From Octopus sinensis (lineage: Eukaryota), in assembly GCF_006345805.1 (NCBI RefSeq), contig NC_043005.1:68386001-68450000 (forward strand): DNA of 64,000 nt. Direction: 5' to 3'. Under the pieces are notes generated by a model, which did no database searches, was not told where the DNA came from, and saw only the letters and a list, made by a program, of their open reading frames with translations. Shown here piece after piece: positions 61,201 through 64,000 of the stretch; positions within the stretch are counted from its first letter, which is position 1, and each line of letters starts with the position of its first letter. Made by a program: the position numbers and the translations under genes.

Positions 61201-61486
61201 CACGATGCAGAGAGAATAAGGAGATAATCATAACGACTACTGTTTAGTTGACTTAGCATTTGGATTTTACACAAAGAACAAACTAATTATACGTCAAAAC
61301 CCCTATTCAGCAAAGACTCCATTATGATGAGATGAAATCTCATTTTCGTTGCCTCAAATGGTGAAGTTGCTTTCTTAGTTAATGAAACAGACATAATTTA
61401 AATATAATTAGAGGTGTAGGGCATGCTATAGCTCCTCAATGAATACTGGATGGAAATTTAAGTCAAGAATTTTTTATTTCTTTATT

Positions 61487-61705
61487 GCTCAAAGGGGGCT
61501 AAACATAGAGGAGACAAACAAGGATAGACAAAGGGATTAAGTCAAATTATATCGACCCCAGTGCGTAACTAGTACATATTTAATCGACCCCGAAACGATG
61601 AAAGGCAAAGTCGACCTCGGCGGAATTTGAAGTCAGAACGTATCGGCAGACGAAATACCGCTAAGCATTTTGCCCCGCGTGCTAACGATTCTGCCAGCTC
61701 GCCAG
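61487..61705 (-). mobile_element. SINE family A, full length
   Basis: Reverse complement of 40585-40820. Confidence 0.9.
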
Positions 61706-62277
61706 CAATGTTTGAATGATTATTTTAGAAACTTATTGCAGTTTAAACAGTAAGTGGTGTGTGCACGCGCGTGCGTGTGTGGGAATTCGAATTAACTAAC
61801 AACCTAATTTGATGATCTCTCCTGTACTCTATACAAACATTTGACAAACAATGTAGACGTGTAAAGCCATGAATTCACATATATTGCTAATGGTTATCAG
61901 TGCAGTTTCCGCAAAATCTCGATTCACGAGTCAACTCCTCTTCTCCGTTTCACAATGTGTGTCCTCTAGCTATGGGGGGATTTGGTGAAAGAAATCTTGT
62001 CACCCACAACGTGAACAACACTTTAGACTGTGTCTTGCTTCCAAATATTCTATCGAAACAGTGTTCCCATACAGCCCCCAGCTATCATTTTATATATGTA
62101 GCTTACTGTCAAATCTCAGTCTTACTGTGTGTGTTGACGGAGCCCGTTCTGAGTCTTATTTACTCCTACTTAAAAAAATATATTAGCAACAGAAGCAGCA
62201 TTGAGGCCGAGAGGTAATATCTATTCCCACTCAAACGTGAATGTTCTGTTAGAACAAACTATACTGCGGTATTTACC

Positions 62278-62450
62278 GAGTGGCTGTGTGGTAAGTAGCT
62301 TGCTTACGAACCACATGGTTCCGGGTTCAGTCCCACTGCGTGTCACCTTGGGCAAGTGTCGTCTTCTATAGCCTCGGGCCGACCGATGCCTTGGGAGTAG
62401 ATTTGGTAGACGGAAACTGAAAGAAGCCGTCGTGTATGTATGTATGTATG

Positions 62451-62483
<33 letters not shown>

Positions 62484-62695
62484 ATGTATGTTTGTGTGTC
62501 TGTGTTTGTCCTCCCAACATCGCTTGACAACGGTGTGTTTACGTCCCTGTAACTTAGCGGTTCGGCAAAAAAGACTGATAGAATATTACTAGGCTTACAA
62601 AGAATAAGTCCTGGGGTCGATTTGCTTGACTTAAGGCGGTGCTCCAGCATGGTCGCAGTCAAATGACTGAAACAAATAATGAGAGTAAAGAGATA
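62278..62695 (+). mobile_element. SINE family B, full length
   Basis: Same organisation as 35640-36097. Confidence 0.92.
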
Positions 62696-62799
62696 TAGGT
62701 CTTTGGTGCACAATGTACGCTTATTTGTTTATATCGCCAGCGGGGAGATAAGCCACCACCAACCCCAGCGCGGAGACCACCATATCCCGTGATTTCAAT

Positions 62800-63420
62800 C
62801 TTCCATGATCTCCACGATGTAACTAATGGTGCAGTTTTGAGCCTCTAATATCCTTTCTTCTATACATCATTGACTTCCTTAATGTCACGCCCAAAAGCCA
62901 TCTGCTCCGATGCAGATAATATTCTCATTAATTTCTTTCTAACATTCCCCAACTATGGACCATTCACTCGCAACATAAACTATACACCAACCCCACACTG
63001 AAATCATGAACAGGGATCTCGAAAGCATCTTTCAGTGGGGATATTCTAGTGAACAGCTCTAAATCGGAACCCTCATAGCCACTTCAACTGTAGGGTTTCA
63101 TTGTTGTCGAAGATGTCGCCTGACAGAAGTTCATTTTTAACTTAACTAGGACCGTTTCGAACGACTGACTCTTCACTTCAAACATTTCAACAACTATAAA
63201 AATCTTCAAACACCTGGTGAGACCTACAATGGAGCATTGCTCTCACATTTGGGACGATGTGGCTGCTGCAATCACAGTAACCGTTAACCGCATCAATTAA
63301 ATGAATGATTGTCATAAAGTAACCCAGAGATCAACTCCAGCAACTTACCAACAAATACGCTATCTCCGCTCTCTGTCTCTTTTAACTTCACTATAATGGC
63401 TTCTGCTTCTCATAGCTAGA
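62800..63420 (+). mobile_element. CR1/Jockey-group LINE RT fragment, degenerate
   Basis: GAVLS..FLLYIIDF..SDADN (QG and YADD regions), DLESIFQWG, LVRPTMEHCSHIW. Confidence 0.75.
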
Positions 63421-63479
63421 TGGTTTCATGTTACCCCATGCAGGCATTCCCTCGCATTAATCCCTATACTCCCAGTTCT

Positions 63480-63830
63480 TGCTTGTGAGAAGTTCGTACT
63501 TAAGGAATTATTACCCTGGTTATGTTTTACCGGAAACCGTTAACTTGAATATTCAAGTGAAATAGAATATTAAGGGCATCATTTCAGTCGTCTCGGGGAC
63601 TAGGAAATCCATGGTTACCGTCCCTTTCTCTAGAGCCACTAAGTATGATGAACAAATGTCCAGCCAGAGGTGACTTATGATAACATGGATATACTTGTCT
63701 GATGCCATTCAATACATGTTCATCAATGCACAACTCTGTAAATTTTTCACAATTGTGGGTATAGAAATAGGATTTCTAAACGACTTCTTTTACTTATGCT
63801 GATGGATTAATTGTGCTCCTACGGGTAGCT
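63480..63830 (-). mobile_element. Possible Gypsy-type integrase remnant
   Basis: Only a weak KGTVTMDFL similarity to the W..(I/V)SMDF motif. Confidence 0.25.
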
Positions 63831-64000
63831 ATCGGGTGTATGACTTGAGGTGAAGGTCAGCACAGGAACTAGGAATGGATAATGTCTAATTTGCTATTTT
63901 ACTTGATCCCAAGAAGATATTTCTACCCTTCTCTTCGTCATAAACTTAGTTAAAGGATTAAAGTATTCAGTACTTTTAAAAATCCCAATTGTGATTAATT

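Overview
AT-rich, repeat-dominated eukaryotic DNA with no confidently identifiable host gene. It is most likely intronic or intergenic sequence of an octopus-type cephalopod, inferred from the tRNA-derived SINE families and the very dense (TA)n/(CA)n/(TATC)n microsatellites. Almost all supplied ORFs are microsatellite or SINE read-through. Recognisable content: (1) a head-to-tail array of Tx1/L1-like ORF1 (zinc-knuckle) elements at the left edge; (2) two full-length defective mariner transposons with both TIRs, a mariner relic and several TA-flanked MITEs; (3) fragments of RTE, CR1/Jockey-type and R4/Dong-type LINEs, two of the latter sitting in (TAA)n tracts; (4) more than 25 SINE copies from about four families. 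The most unusual signals are RNA-structural. An inverted pair of Penelope-type repeats (33301-33643) has two arms that together reconstruct a complete type I hammerhead ribozyme. A tRNA-headed SINE family has a 3' half carrying a minimal hammerhead-like motif and shows Penelope-style inverted tails, so it may be a Penelope-mobilised SINE. There are also several long spacerless palindromes. A few isolated exon-like segments with good splice signals may belong to an unidentified host gene.
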